A stretch of 50,524 nucleotides of DNA from Octopus bimaculoides (GCF_001194135.2 NC_068992.1:14354615-14405138); one strand, 5' to 3'; counted from the stretch's first letter, positions 1-14,319 are shown. Numbers and translations are program-made. The notes: generated by a model not told the origin, from the sequence alone.

Positions 1-35
<35 letters not shown>

Positions 36-134
36 ATGTATGTATATGTATATGTATATGTATATATGTATACACACACTCATACTTTGATATGCATTTA
101 TTAGACCTAATGACAGACAGACAGACAGACAGAC

Positions 135-200
<66 letters not shown>
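1..200. repeat. Compound microsatellite (TA)n/(TG)n/(TATG)n/(GACA)n/(GATA)n
   Basis: Directly visible simple repeats. Confidence 0.95.
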
Positions 201-1419
201 GGAAGGTTTGATGGTTTCATACTCGCCTGAAATATAATTGAAGAAGTTTACCAATATTTTAAGTTAGAATGAATAATATCCTGTTTTCAAAGCTAAGTTT
301 ACGTGCGTAATTTCTCGTCTCCAACGTCCAGTCCAACGGTGTTATCGTTTATGAAGCTTTCTTGTGGTTCACATCGATTGGATAAACTTGTATACCGATG
401 AAAAGAGCATGGTCGAAGTAACCTGTGCTGTGTATGGTTATCTAACAATGTTAGGAACATTGTAAAAATGCATATATATTTCTTAAATATCTTAAAATTT
501 CTAAAAAAAAAATTATTATGGATAAAGTGATTTTCTATAGAAAAGTTTTTTTTTATGTTATGTGTCCGAGTGTTACTCTGTTGGTAGTCTTAACTAAGGG
601 CCAAAATGAAAGACCATCGAAATGTTTGACATAATGAAAGAAATGTCTTCGATATGATTTAAGCATCCGTAAGTATGGAAGGAAATTGAAGACACAGTGG
701 CATCTTTAACATAATGAAGCAAATTTTGATGATATGATTTTAAAAGAAAAACTTTTACTATGGAAGGACATCTTAGACATTATTAAAATTTTTAACTTAA
801 TGAAACAATGTTGCTGAAAGTACAATTGCGAATACAAGCGTCCGAAATAAGAGTTCCTCCGAAGGTCCTCGGAAGTAACGTCACTCGACAGAGAACGTGC
901 TAATAGTTTTGCCAGCTCACCGTCTTATGGATAGCTATAATAATAATAATTGTCAATCTTTGATCATGTATATTCTTCAAATAATAAATAACAATGGGAG
1001 ATTTTCGGAAATTTAAAATTTACGACCCAAACTCAGAAGGTATACTGGAAGTTAGGACTTCAAGTTAAAAGATGCTATCTTAAAACTCCTTATTTTACGC
1101 TCAAATATTACAGAGGACAAAGGACAAGTACGCTTGTACCATTTCCGAAGATTAAATTCTAAGGTGGCTAGAAAGAAAGGCAGGAAAAACCCAAGACGTT
1201 ACTTCTTTTTTATCATTTTGTATTTAAAAGCCATCTTTTATGAAAGATCAATAATGTGGAAAAGAGGGGAAAAAAAACAATATTTTTTTCACTCTTTTTA
1301 AAAGTAACTGTCTTGAGACGATGCAACATGGCTGCCAAGATACATCACTCAAACCGAAGGTTATTCGCCCCGAAAAAGAAACAAAACAAATATAATAAAT
1401 AATAAAGAAATGATACAGA

Positions 1420-1422
<3 letters not shown>

Positions 1423-1509
<87 letters not shown>

Positions 1510-1565
1510 ATAAAGATATAACAACAAAAACAACAACAACAACAACAACAACAATAATAATAACA
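1423..1565. repeat. (AAT)n followed by (AAC)n trinucleotide microsatellite
   Basis: Directly visible; source of the poly-I/poly-Y spurious ORFs. Confidence 0.97.
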
Positions 1566-1830
1566 AGAAATATATTACTTAAAGTGTTTTGTAGTTTGAT
1601 AGCCCGTCGGGATTCCAATTATGATAAGCCACTTGAAAATAAATTGAAATAAAATCATCCACTTATTTTTAGTTGGCAGCGATTTTTATATAAATTATAT
1701 TAAGATTCACAAGATAGCAATTTCAAGAGAGTAGTGTATTCAAAATATGGAAAGTTACAACGTGTGCTCCAGCTATCAAAATATATATCCATCTTTATAT
1801 CAATCTATCAGTTAATCTCTGTAATTTTTA

Positions 1831-2595
<765 letters not shown>

Positions 2596-2596
2596 A

Positions 2597-2680
2597 TTTT
2601 TTTCTTTTCACTTGTTTCAGTCATCTGATGACGGCCATGCTGGAGCACCGCCTTTAGTCGAACAACTCAGGACTTATTCT
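2597..2680 (-). mobile_element. SINE family A, 3' fragment
   Basis: cttgtttcagtcat...ggccatgctggagcaccgcctttagtcga matches the reverse complement of the 3' end of the full copy at 19795-20220. Confidence 0.85.
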
Positions 2681-2773
2681 TTGATCCCTGTGACGAAGTG
2701 AAATCGCATCAGTGACCAGCTCGCAACTGGTACGACGATATATTTGACACCAAATAATAAATGTTCAAGAGAA

Positions 2774-2928
2774 GTTTCAAATTTTGACATAAGACCCGCA
2801 AATTTAGTGGGGGGAGGGGGATTTAGATGATTATATCAACCCTAGTGCTCGACTGGGTACTTATTTTATCGACCCCGAAAGGATGAAAGGCAATGTCGGC
2901 CACTGGTGGAATTATGAACTCAGAATGC
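2774..2928 (-). mobile_element. SINE family B fragment
   Basis: tacttattttatcgaccccgaaaggatgaaaggcaa...gaactcagaa shared with the copy at 40242-40477. Confidence 0.85.
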
Positions 2929-2999
2929 TTCTACTGAAGAGTGAAGTAAAAGATAAAAAAATAAAATGAAAGCGCTTGCTCGCTGTTACTTTCCTTTGG

Positions 3000-3720
3000 T
3001 TTTTATCTTGGAGACAATTGCATTGTGTTGTGTGTTTTAGCACAACGTCATCCTTTATAAGCAGACAGTTTTGTCATAACATTTTCGGGCAATACTTATG
3101 ATGGGGATTACATCAGTGTCACATGTAGATGTTTTATTTGCCCTGTTTCTTTTGTACATTGGATATTTCGTCGTTATTCCTTGTTCTTGGATTGCAAAAA
3201 TGTATAACCTTCAAAGCGAGTAAATAAATCGGTTGTTGACCGGAGAAAAGCTGCTTCTGTTATCTATGTAAGTGTCACTTTGAAGTTTTCTGGTAATATG
3301 GCTGCGCATGAATTTCTGCTGATAAGCTGAAAGCCTTTCAGCTAATATCTTGTTTTAGTAGAACTTTGAAGCTTTTCTAAGTGGGTATCCCTGTCAGGGA
3401 AAAATTTCCGGGGACCTCCTTTCCAACTCTCATAACGTCAGTTACCTCATATTTGCAGACTTGATGTGAGGATGCACTTCGACACATAATGATTAATAGA
3501 AGTTGTCAAAGAGATGCAATACAAAATTCAAAGGCAGTTTGAAACGACATTATAACGTTATCACTTTGTATCGCTTTGGATAAAGATGGTTCATAATCGC
3601 TACTGATATCGAAAATACTGGTGCAGTCAATAGTTTTCAGGTTTTAATTTCAGTGACCTGGATAACATTTAGCGCCCAGTCATTTATTCTAAGTGTGGTT
3701 TCAGTATTATTACGACAGGC
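3000..3720 (-). mobile_element. Degenerate Penelope-like retroelement fragment (RT C-terminal region)
   Basis: Reverse-strand translation gives ERLS...PYYQK-like segments resembling Penelope RT thumb/linker motifs; many stops and frameshifts. Family assignment is from memory. Confidence 0.4.
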
Positions 3721-3799
3721 ATATAGTAAGTTACTGAATTATTGTACACAGAGGGCCCTAGTGATTATGTTTTTATCAGGTTGTTATATTCACAGATGT

Positions 3800-4140
3800 G
3801 AAAGCGCATGGCTCAGTGGTTAGAGCGTCGGGCTCACAATCATGAGGTAGTGAGTTCGATTCCCAAACCGGGCTGTATGTTGTGTTCTTGAGCAAGACAC
3901 TTTATTTCATGTTTCTCCAGTTCACTCAGTTGTAGAAATGAGTTGTGACACCACTGGTGGCCAAGCTATATCGGAACCTTTGTCTTTCCCTTGGATAACA
4001 TCAGTGGCGTGGAGATGGCAAGCTGGTATGCATGGGAGACTGCTGGTCTTCCATAAACAATCTTTCCCGGACTTGTGCCTTGGAGGGGAACTTCCAAGGT
4101 GCAATCCCATGGTCACTCATGACCGAAGAGAGTCTTAACC
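3800..4140 (+). mobile_element. tRNA-derived SINE family C, near full length
   Basis: A box (TGGCTCAGTGG) and B box (GTTCGATTCC) head, followed by a non-tRNA body (gttcttgagcaagacactttatttca...) with no acceptor stem or terminator. Confidence 0.85.
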
Positions 4141-5405
4141 CATTTTTTTATATTCATTGATAACGTGTTATCTGCTACATGGATATATTTTCGCCTTCTT
4201 ATGATGGTATTAGATACCTGCTGCATTCTTCGGATATTGGCGAAATAGCCAAGCCACTGGGATATGATTTTACTGGCTACTGTTTTCTCTCGTTATACAA
4301 TCGGGTAGGAACATTTATTCTAACCAATTCATCGGGAATGATATAACCAAGTCAAGGTTATGCTTCATATCATTCATATTTCTAGCATGTACTGTTAGTC
4401 GTCCGCTAAGAATCAGCTTTGTATCGGAGTAGTATTTGCCATCCTGTTAACTAACTTACGTATCCTTAGCGTTACAAGCATAAGCAATCACTTCCTTTAT
4501 TTAAATTCAAAATAGTAGCCCAGCGCAAATCGAAATTACGTGTAGCTCTATTTGGGATATTTGAAACTTTAGAAAGTTGAATTAACATCCAGAAGTGAAG
4601 AATAGAATTGATTTCTTTGTTTTAATCCAGTCAAACATTGACCAAACTCCTACTATTCTGTGGCACTTTTGACATCACAATTTCGTTTATTATAAATTCC
4701 TCAGTACGAATCCAAACCCTTCTCTTTTCAGCATCTTCTTTGATTCTGATGGTATTGTTGATTCTGGAAAACTACGTTCAGACAATTCTTTCATTCTTTT
4801 ATTCTTTTATTTGTTTCAGTCATTTTTTACTGCGGCCATGCTGGAGCACCGCCTTTCGTTTTCGCTTTCAGACATTGCATGTTGTTCTATTTCAAGCAAA
4901 CAACCTCTTCTTAACATTCGTAACAGACGCATTCATTATCAAAGCTTTGTCATTGTTGTTTTCTCCTTACCACTTCAAAACAGCCAACTACTACAGCCGT
5001 TTGTATACTGACTGTACCGTTGAATTCACAGGAAACTGAAATCGGTAAGAAATAACCTTCATTTTTCTCTTGATTTTTATGGTGCATATTACACTGTCTC
5101 ACGAAGATTAAATAATCTGCCAGTAACATATATATTTGTGCGCGCGCGCGTATGTGTGCGTGTGCGTGTGCGTGTGTATGTCATTATTCACTTTTATTTC
5201 AAGATTTCTTGCTAGTAGAGAACGAGCCAGTTTCTAACCTAGATCCAAGGCTCCTTCATTGGAATTTCAACAGCATCAACAGGATATTTTTGTACGTATA
5301 TATATGTGTGTGCGTGTGTGTGTGTGTACAAATTTGGATGTTTTGTTTTATGTATTTATTCTTATGCATATATATAGTTGCATGTCTAGACATGCTCATA
5401 CATGC

Positions 5406-5563
5406 TTAAATGATGAATTTCTGGAATGTTTTACAGATTTTTACAGTTCCAGTGATGGATTGGATCTGTAGTTTTCGAATCAGCTTTCTCCTTTCTGGTT
5501 TTGTGAAGCCTAATTTCTCCAGATTGCTATTTAAGCAATGTGCTACATATCCCAGGGCCCCAA
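5406..5563 (-). mobile_element. 3' end of an RLE-type (restriction-like endonuclease) non-LTR retrotransposon
   Basis: Minus strand reads GALGYVAHCLNSNLEKLGFTKPERRKLIRKLQIQSITGTVKICKTFQKFII*, matching the 'GALG...LE.LG...LQ...GT..I' C-terminus of RLE LINEs. Confidence 0.7.
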
Positions 5564-5599
5564 TGTATGTATGTATCTATCTATATATGTTATGCTGTT

Positions 5600-5990
5600 A
5601 CGTTGTTATGTTGGTTCGCTGAAACAGCGTCGGACCATGAGAGTTCTCCAAGTGGAACTATTCTGAGCCAAACTGCATCCTTCTTCCCAGAAGACAACCA
5701 TCTCAGTCAAGTCTTCCCGCACAGTCCTTTACTTGCCACGTCTTAATCAGTCTCCCACACTTTCTCCTTCCTCCTTCAACTGTCCACTCTCGACAGCTGT
5801 TCTTGCTCGCCGCTCCAACGGTAAGAACAAAATACGGTAAAGCAGCTTCCTTCGTCTAGCTGTGATGGTGTCTTGCAGTTTACTTGGGCCAGCTTTTTAA
5901 ACTAATTTCATCGTTTTTGATGTAGTCGTGGCAGATGATCTCCAGGATATTTCTAAGACGCCGGTGATGGAAAAGCATTCACCAAATTGC
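5600..5990 (-). mobile_element. RTE-clade LINE 3' fragment (decayed)
   Basis: Minus strand reads AFHHRRLRNILEIICHDYIKNDEISL, typical of the post-RT region of RTE ORFs. Confidence 0.75.
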
Positions 5991-6537
5991 CAACCTTGTC
6001 CGTCCGCCTCTGTGTTTCACTTGCACAGAATGTCGTGGGAAGGACAATTAATGTGTGCAGACAAAGTTTAATTCTTTGGTTAATGGAAAAGAATGGAAAA
6101 CTGCCATCGCTTTGCCAAGTCCAGTTTTTACATCAATTTCTGCTTATATATATTATATATATTATTATCTGCTGAAAAGTTACAAAAGTGACTTGAGGGC
6201 TAGTTTCATTAGAGTCATGTTCGAAACACTCGTTCTTGACAGGCTATATAGGTCAGATTTGATGTCCGTAGTTAACGATACGAAAGAACCGCATGCGTCC
6301 TACGATTTAGAGGCATCATCCACAGCTCAGTGTTTTCACACGTCCGCTGAGAAAAGAATTTCCTCCTGAGAATTTTTTTTTTTTTTTTTTTTTTTGGCAG
6401 CAAAAGGTAAGGTCTTCCTGCGTCCGAATATATTCGAACGTGTGAAATATTTTACACGGATATATTTCGTTCAACGCTACTTCCTGCTACTGTATGTAAA
6501 GTCGCATGAAGCAATGTTGAATACATAATACATACAT

Positions 6538-6539
<2 letters not shown>

Positions 6540-6632
<93 letters not shown>

Positions 6633-6749
6633 ATGTATGTATGTATGTATGTGTATGTATGTGTACATATATATACATATATATATATACACATATATAT
6701 ATATGAATATATATACATATATATACATATATATATACACACACACACA

Positions 6750-6793
<44 letters not shown>

Positions 6794-6810
6794 GAGAGAG
6801 AGTGTGTGTA
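6540..6810. repeat. (TA)n/(TG)n/(CA)n/(GA)n compound microsatellite
   Basis: Directly visible. Confidence 0.95.
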
Positions 6811-8013
6811 TGCATGTTGTAATGACTGTAATTTCTTATAAGTGTTTTCAATCTTTGTGTAAAATATAAAGTCTCTCTTGAGATATTAATTGCCAGGAAG
6901 TGATCTCCATCTTCCACCAGTATTTAGATGAGATGCTGAGACAGATTATTATAAATTCTGACAGCTTTTATAATATTTTATCTCGCAATTTCAATCCTTC
7001 TAACTTTCTATAGATTTCTTATCAGTTTTGACATTACACTACTTAGTTATCTCCCTTTTGTTTGTCTAACGCATCGAAATAGATAGCCAGAGAAAAAAAA
7101 ATTTTTTTTTTGAAGTTCTAATATGTGCGCTGGAACATTGTGTCGATGACAGAATATTAAAACAATCATACAGGATCTTTTTAACCGTTGTTATTCTGTT
7201 TATCGTACTTTTAAGTATAGCGTAGTATTTCTCAAAAATAACAGTTTATTGCTGTTAGAAGGGCTCCGGGAGGATATTTTCAGGGTGGAACAAGATATTG
7301 CTTGACTGTGTGGTAAGATCGAACCATCTCAAGTGTTACTGGCCGAAATGGTCCTGACTTCTGGAACTTGACTGAGGAAAGAAAGCCACGAATGACCCGT
7401 CTTTTTTTCTTTTTTTTTTGCCTGTCCTAATTGTTGTTTCTTTTGTCTGCCTTTGTATCGTCTACATGTCCGAACGTTTTAATGTCCTCTACTGCGTTTT
7501 TGTTCCATATATATATATATATATATAGCGACGTACGTACACCTTTGTGCTCACCTTATAGCAGGTATGCAGCCTAAAATTGAAATTGCCATCTGTATAT
7601 CACACTTAATTCATATACACCATTCAATGTGTTAAAAACACACTATATATCGTAGCGAGGCGAACATCGTCGTTCTAGTAACTAACAAGAACAGACGAGC
7701 AGTTAAACCCTCCATGTCTATGGAGAGATTTTATCTCAGACAATTCGATAGCATTATGCTTTCTAACAAAGGGTATAGATTTTTTATGATACACAGAGGG
7801 CGATTTTAATTCAATGTTTTGTCGATTTCGTGTATTGAGTTTTTCTACCGCTCAGAAAGCTTCCGCGAACCAGTGTATGTTCTATTCATTGCTTCCTATA
7901 TATCAAAGCACGATTTCGTTTTGGCAGGCGACAAACGCCATCAGCGACAAAATATGTCTGTTATTCTCGTGAGTCACAGCAGGAACGATATTCGTCTCTC
8001 TCTGATATAAATG

Positions 8014-8877
8014 CAAGGTGTTCGGGCGAAATTTATCGATTATTATATCTCTTTTTTTTTTACCGGAACTGCTTCATGTATTAGTGAACAGTCGACGGCG
8101 TTAGTGAGCATTAAAGTTGTGTTTAAGAAAAAGCTCAAATGGAGGATTGGAAGCCATCTGAATATTGAGAAAGAGTTACCGGTAGCATGATGATTCTTGC
8201 CGGATGTCAAAATGCCGTCGTCATGACTACTGCTGCTCAGTGTTCTGTGAACATTGTAAATGCTGTAAGACGGGACATGGACAACTGCAACAGAGATTAC
8301 AAACACGTGGCCAGCAGAAAGGGACACAGTGAGCGTTCTGACAGCATCTGCACAGCAGAATTTATCCCCACAACTTTGAACATGGCCTTAGGCTGGCTCA
8401 ATTCAGACAGCCATGTGAAGCTGCTGGAGACTGTAGTCACACCCTGGCTGGAGACGGTAGTCGATGGGATGCCATATGTGTGGCAGCAGGATTCGGCTCT
8501 TTGCTATACCCCCAGAAAGAACCAGAAGTGGTTACCGGAGAATTTCTATGACTTCATTAACCCCAGTTTTTTTTTCCTCCTAATCACCCCTATTGTAATC
8601 CAATGGATACTATGTGTAGAGCGCGGTTGAAAAAGACACCAGCCGAGTTGGTGGACAAGATGAAAGAGGGGTTCGATGATCTTCTCAGAGACACAGTACC
8701 AAGTTCTGGAACCGTTCTGAAACCGGGCTGGAAGCTGAGGGTAACTACTTTGAGCAAGCTGTTATCTCCAGCCATAATCTAGTTAATATTTTTTGATTTT
8801 TTAAAAATACTATTTTTCCAGAGGATATTGTTTTCTTTTCTTTTTATGCAAACTGTCAAATTTAACCCGAACACTAT
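8014..8877 (+). mobile_element. Internally deleted Tc1/mariner-superfamily element, maT (DD37D)-like, with transposase pseudogene
   Basis: ORF 8187-8630 contains RKGHSERSDS and PYVWQQDSA..T.RK.QKWL.ENFYDF; frameshifted continuation reads PPN.P.CNPMD...AVEKDT...LEAEGNYFE. Degenerate TIRs: GTGTTCGGGcgAAATTT (~8018) and AAATTTaaCCCGAACAC (~8858-8874). Confidence 0.85.
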
Positions 8878-9700
8878 TTGTTGTTTAGTGTTTTTAACAC
8901 AAGTCTATGAAGAGATTTTATCTCAGACAAGTATTATGCCTTCTAAAGGTGGTTATACGTTTTGTTTGATATATAAGTGGCGATTTTTTAATCATTCTGG
9001 CGTAGAGGGTAATCGGTGCTACTTCGTTTTTAGCACCTCTTCCTGCTTCTAAAGAAGAGGCCATATTAAATCACTAATAAATAACTGTTTTCTTTTTTTT
9101 TTTTTTGTTAAATGCAATAAATATCTGAAAGACAAAACGTTCTTCTCCCACCACCCCTGATAATGAAATAAAAATCCAAATTTTCAATGTCCTTTGTTTT
9201 CAAAATTAAAGAAAACCTATTTCCTTCATCTTATAAATTGTGATGTCATTTATTATTGATATTGTTGTTGATGTCGTTCATTCTGTTGTGGTTGTAGTTA
9301 TTTTTGCGGTTTGTGTATGTGTGTGCGCGCGCGCGTATGTGTGTGTGAGTCTTTGTAGTCTTCGTTTAAAGGTGGTGGGGNNNNNNNNNNNNNNNNNNNN
9401 NNNNNNNNNNNNNNNNNNNNNNNNNNNNNNNNNNNNNNNNNNNNNNNNNNNNNNNNNNNNNNNNNNNNNNNNNNNNNNNNNNNNNNNNNNNNNNNNNNNN
9501 NNNNNNNNNNNNNNNNNNNNNNNNNNNNNNNNNNNNNNNNNNNNNNNNNNNNNNNNNNNNNNNNNNNNNNNNNNNNNNNNNNNNNNNNNNNNNNNNNNNN
9601 NNNNNNNNNNNNNNNNNNNNNNNNNNNNNNNNNNNNNNNNNNNNNNNNNNNNNNNNNNNNNNNNNNNNNNNNNNNNNNNNNNNNNNNNNNNNNNNNNNNN

Positions 9701-9766
<66 letters not shown>

Positions 9767-10756
9767 GGTAGACTGGTGGAGAGGAAGGTTTGTAAGCACA
9801 TCTAACAACTCAATAAAATCAATGCAGATATGGAGAGTGGAGACATATGTTTATCAATTTTAATGCCTGTATATTAACAGTCTGAAACCTAACAATTGAT
9901 CTCTCTGATCGATCGAATTGAAAAAGTTTTCACATGGTTCCAGCTATAGATTATTTTATTGCTCAACTGTCTAACCGTTGTTTTACATCTAAGACACATC
10001 GGTTCCACCCAATCAATCAGCGAGTCGATGAGGTAGATCGAGGTTTCGTACTGCCTAAACACGGCTCGTGAGCTCACGGCTCGTGAGCTCACGGCTCTAA
10101 AGAACTTGTTTTAACACACGGTTCAAGATGCCTTTGCGAGGTTGCTCCGCTTGCTAGAAATATTAGCCAATATTCACTTGTAAATTTGTATATATCCTTT
10201 TATTTATTGTCCTTCAGAAATCTGTCATCTTGTCGGGGTAATAGGTTCTTAGTTTGTAATTTAGTTTTAGAATTTGTATGTGTTGGAATGGTATTTGTTG
10301 ATGTGATGTAGACATTGTGTATATTATTTATGTATTGATGTAGATGCCGGGTTAATTCTTAGTTGTTTGTATCTGTGGCCGAGCAGTTTGTGATGTTCCT
10401 TTGCAGCTGTTCTCTTTGTTGTTGATTTGAGTATGGATTCGGTTGTGTTTGTGTTTCACGTGGTGTTTACAGTATTTTGTTGTCCGTGGTGGCGATGGTT
10501 GTGATTGTGTTGGTGGAGCTGCGGGTGCTGGTGAAGGAGGATGTTGGTGTTGTACTTACTTTTATTGTTCTATAAACAACAAATTTGTCCCTCGACCGCG
10601 CTGATTAGAGCTTCTGTATATTCTTTCAAAATACAAGAAATAAAAACCAATTTCCTTCGAACCATATCCTACAGTTTTAAAGTATGAGCGATACATTGAT
10701 TAATGTAGTCCTAGACACTCCAAAATGAGAGGATGGTCATCTTGATCGTATATCCG

Positions 10757-11623
10757 TTTGGCCAGTATAGTTTCGATACTAAACAACAATAATAACGCCA
10801 GCACTAGAGTCATATATAACATTCATATAACACATTCTCTATTCAATCACACTTTTATTCATGCTCTTCTGTAAATAATACCAAAATCTTTCATAATAAT
10901 TTACACTTTTTTTCCAGTCCTTGTCAAACTTGATGTAAATCATGTGCCAAATTGAGCATCGAAGAAATTCGTAGCAGTAAAAGACTCTACAGACTGCTTA
11001 GAGATAAAGTTCTTTATTGCTATCGACTGAAGCCATCTCTAGGTTGTGTTAAGATCCAATTGATCTAACAAAATAGTTTATTGTTTGTAGGCGAGGAANN
11101 NNNNNNNNNNNNNNNNNNNNNNNNNNNNNNNNNNNNNNNNNNNNNNNNNNNNNNNNNNNNNNNNNNNNNNNNNNNNNNNNNNNNNNNNNNNNNNNNNNNN
11201 NNNNNNNNNNNNNNNNNNNNNNNNNNNNNNNNNNNNNNNNNNNNNNNNNNNNNNNNNNNNNAGATAAAAATCCTGTGAAGATTGTTTCATACTTCAATCG
11301 ATCTAAAGATCAATCGATAAGTGTCAGACAGTTGATAAAAAGGTGAAGATAAAAGTGGATAAACTGATATCTTTACTCTATGGATCTTTTCTATATAAGT
11401 TGTTGGATGGATATATTTACAACATAGTGAAATATTAGAATTTAAATAAAATAATGGCCATCTATTTTGGTAGAAATCAATTCAATGAATGTTTACGAAA
11501 TGGAACAGAATAAATTCGTTTGTCGTGAGAAGAGAATAATGACGTTTCGCAATGTGACTGTCTCTGACAAGAAAGCACTTCCAAACGTTTTTGCTTCCTT
11601 CAGTTCAATGCACATATACTCAT
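10757..11623 (+). repeat. Near-identical inverted duplicate of 27771-28464 (unclassified repeat, contains an assembly gap)
   Basis: Reads base-for-base as the reverse complement of 27771-28464, with few substitutions. Confidence 0.95.
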
Positions 11624-12118
11624 TTTTTTTCTTTTCCCAAACTCCGTAAACAGTATATTTGTAAATGGGATTTTCTTGAATATATTTTTGGTGCATTTCC
11701 TTTTTTCCTTTTATTGTTTTGTTTTTTAATGATTTTTTTCTGACTTTAACATGGAATTGCAGATTAGTTGAGAATTAGTTCAACTGGTAAAATCGGTATG
11801 GCATCGCAATCAGTTTTTATTTTATTTTTTTTTGCAAAGTTTAAACAGTAAAATGAAAGGTAGCCTGACAAGATTAGAACTTACAGTATAAAAATATGAA
11901 ACTCTAAGTCTGTTTTGTTTTGTCATTCTAGAGTTCAGTAAACAAGCCTGCCATTTGTTGACAAAAATCGCAAATAAAGACACTTAACGCACGCACACAC
12001 ACACACACACACATGTATGTATCTATGCTTGTATGAACTTGTATGTATGCATATTTAAATCAATGTTAGTTGAGTAGCTGTGTTTTATTCAAATTAGCAG
12101 AAATTAAACTGAAATGGT

Positions 12119-12172
12119 AGAACCGTAGCTTTGTAATGGTGCATTCTCCTGCAGATCTAGATGTCTCCGTTG
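12119..12172 (+). pseudogene. tRNA-Cys(GCA) pseudogene, 3'-truncated
   Basis: gtagct...gcattctcctgcagatctagatgtctccgtt aligns to TAGCT...GCATTCGACTGCAGATCGAGAGGTCCCCGGTT; GCA retained; followed by the array downstream block. Confidence 0.65.
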
Positions 12173-14247
12173 TTATGTAGAGCCAAGATGGCGAATCAGA
12201 TAATATATTACACTATCTCTTCATAGATCTTTCAAATATGATGCTGTTGTTTCTGGGCAAAACACGTCATATCTATAATTGTTTTAATTCATCAACCTGT
12301 TGGCACCAAGTAGAAAATTATGTAGGAAAATATCAATATCTATTGATACATAACTCTAATTACAAAGCTCAAGGTACTGACTCTCCTTATTTAAAATTCG
12401 TGCAAGAAACGAAAATAATTGTCCTTTTATACCTGTTAAAATATTGTATTGTTATACGATCAGTCTTTTGACACAGTTGATATATCTCATTTTTAAATGA
12501 TTTTTTTTTTTATATTCTCGCCGAAAATTGAAAATAGGTTAACCTAGATGATTTACAACCGTTTAAATGGGAGCTTAACAGCGACTTAATGTATTTAGTG
12601 CCAAACGATTGACAAAAGTAAATGTACGTAACATTTTTCATTTCCAAAGAAGTTTTACAGAAAATATCAAATTCTGTCAAAGAATATAAGCAGGAATATA
12701 AGTATTTTTCAGTAGTATGAAACCATATCATCATATTCATCATCTTTATTATTCATGATTTGAAAATTACATTGCTTCTTTTCTTAAACAATAATTAGAT
12801 ACGTCCTTGGAGAACATGCATAGAAACATTTAAGGTCAACCACGATGTTCATGGTAAAAAAAAAAATGTTCCAGAGACAAAAGTATTCAAGTTTAACACG
12901 AATTTCAGATGAAAAACACGGACGAAGTATTCAGATGTTAACAATAAAGTTCAAGATTGACGAAAAGGTTTAAAGTTAAATATGTTTAAGGTAAAACAAA
13001 TATGTTCGAGCTTAACAAATAATGGCTGAGGGAATGCCCCAAAAAGGTTGAAGATCCTGTAATGGCAATTTTCCGAGACGTGATTAAATTAGATTTATAA
13101 GGTTGTCAAAGTTTATCATATATCGCTCCAGATGTGCCAATAACAAATAGGCGAATAAGATGCATTCCTTATAATTTCCAATAATATTTCTACTTCAACA
13201 GCTAAGTTTGTATCGTTACTAAGATTCTAGATTCTCAGCTCGTTTCACTACATTCTAATCATTTAGTATTCCTAAATCTATCATTAATCCTCTACTGTCA
13301 TTTTTGTCATGAGCAATGATATAAGGTTAACTATGTACCATCTGGTAGTTTAGCTACCATCTGGTAGCTAAACTGTCATATATTTCTATTGTCATTTTCT
13401 ATGGCAAGTAGGTCGTAGGCATATTTTCTCAGAATTTCTCATACTTAAGACGTTAGTAAGTACTTCTAAATTCTTTGTTGTACAATGCTTGAGTTAGTTT
13501 ATTGAACGTTGATAAAAGAGAGACATGTCAAAATGTTTAATCTCTTCGTTATAAATACTGGACCTAAGTTGAGAGGATTCAGTGCAAGAGAAATCTCTTA
13601 TAATAAATTCAAAAAACAATGTCAATTTCCTGGCAGTATTCACGTGCTCTTTATCCACATCATTAACTACAAATTGTAGGACGAATTTAACAATTTACAC
13701 GGCGTTGTTATATAGGAAAATATAAGCAGGAATGTTAGACATACGACCAAATTGCAGAAATAGATGGAAGCTATGTACGTGCTGTAATTTGTAAGAGCAT
13801 AAACCGGGTATCCATAAACTAAAATTGGAATACAATTTCTGTTGAGTTCAGTATATGGTGTCAGACTCGAAAATAAACTAAAAGTAGAAAAAAGGGCAAG
13901 TTTAAAGAGTTAAATTACCCTACCCCGAGGTGTGTAGATTGTTAATGTTTCGTTCTGCGCCATTCGCTTGAAAGTGAGGATAATATGAAGTAATAGTCTC
14001 GTCGCTTCGTGGATTCTCTTATACCGTCACTCTCAGAAGAAGGGAATGTTATTTTCTACATTCCTCAAGGTAATCGAATCCATCGTAGTTTTCTATGAAT
14101 TGTCCCATTGACTATTTGTTTACAAATTAGTGTCAATAAAAATGCAACTGAAACATTTATTTACCACAAACATATTTCCTCTGTATTATTCTCTGCCATA
14201 GAATTATGTTTGTACAAAATATTAAATATGGGTACTGATAATGTGTC

Positions 14248-14319
14248 AGGATTAAAGCTCGGTGGTAGAGAACTCTATTGCAAACCAAGATAATTCCGGT
14301 TCAATCTCGGGTGCCCTCT
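14248..14319 (+). pseudogene. tRNA-Cys(GCA) pseudogene
   Basis: 72 nt: AGGATTAAAGCTCGGTGGTAGAGAACTCTATTGCAAACCAAGATAATTCCGGTTCAATCTCGGGTGCCCTCT. A and B boxes and GCA recognisable; stems broken. Confidence 0.85.

Noticed and set aside
3800-3875. tRNA-like sequence with A and B boxes (also at 19795, 25809, 41887)
   Set aside because: No acceptor stem or terminator, and each continues into a multi-copy body; these are SINE heads.
4200-4450. Weak RT-like motif (ADD...) on the minus strand
   Set aside because: Too degenerate to support without a profile search.
4872-5044. Exon-like segment (tttcAG...TCG|GTAAGA)
   Set aside because: All three frames contain stops before the donor, and the acceptor abuts a SINE fragment; at most non-coding.
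10240-10560. Strand-biased GT-rich segment possibly from a retroelement
   Set aside because: No diagnostic motif recognised, so it is left unannotated.
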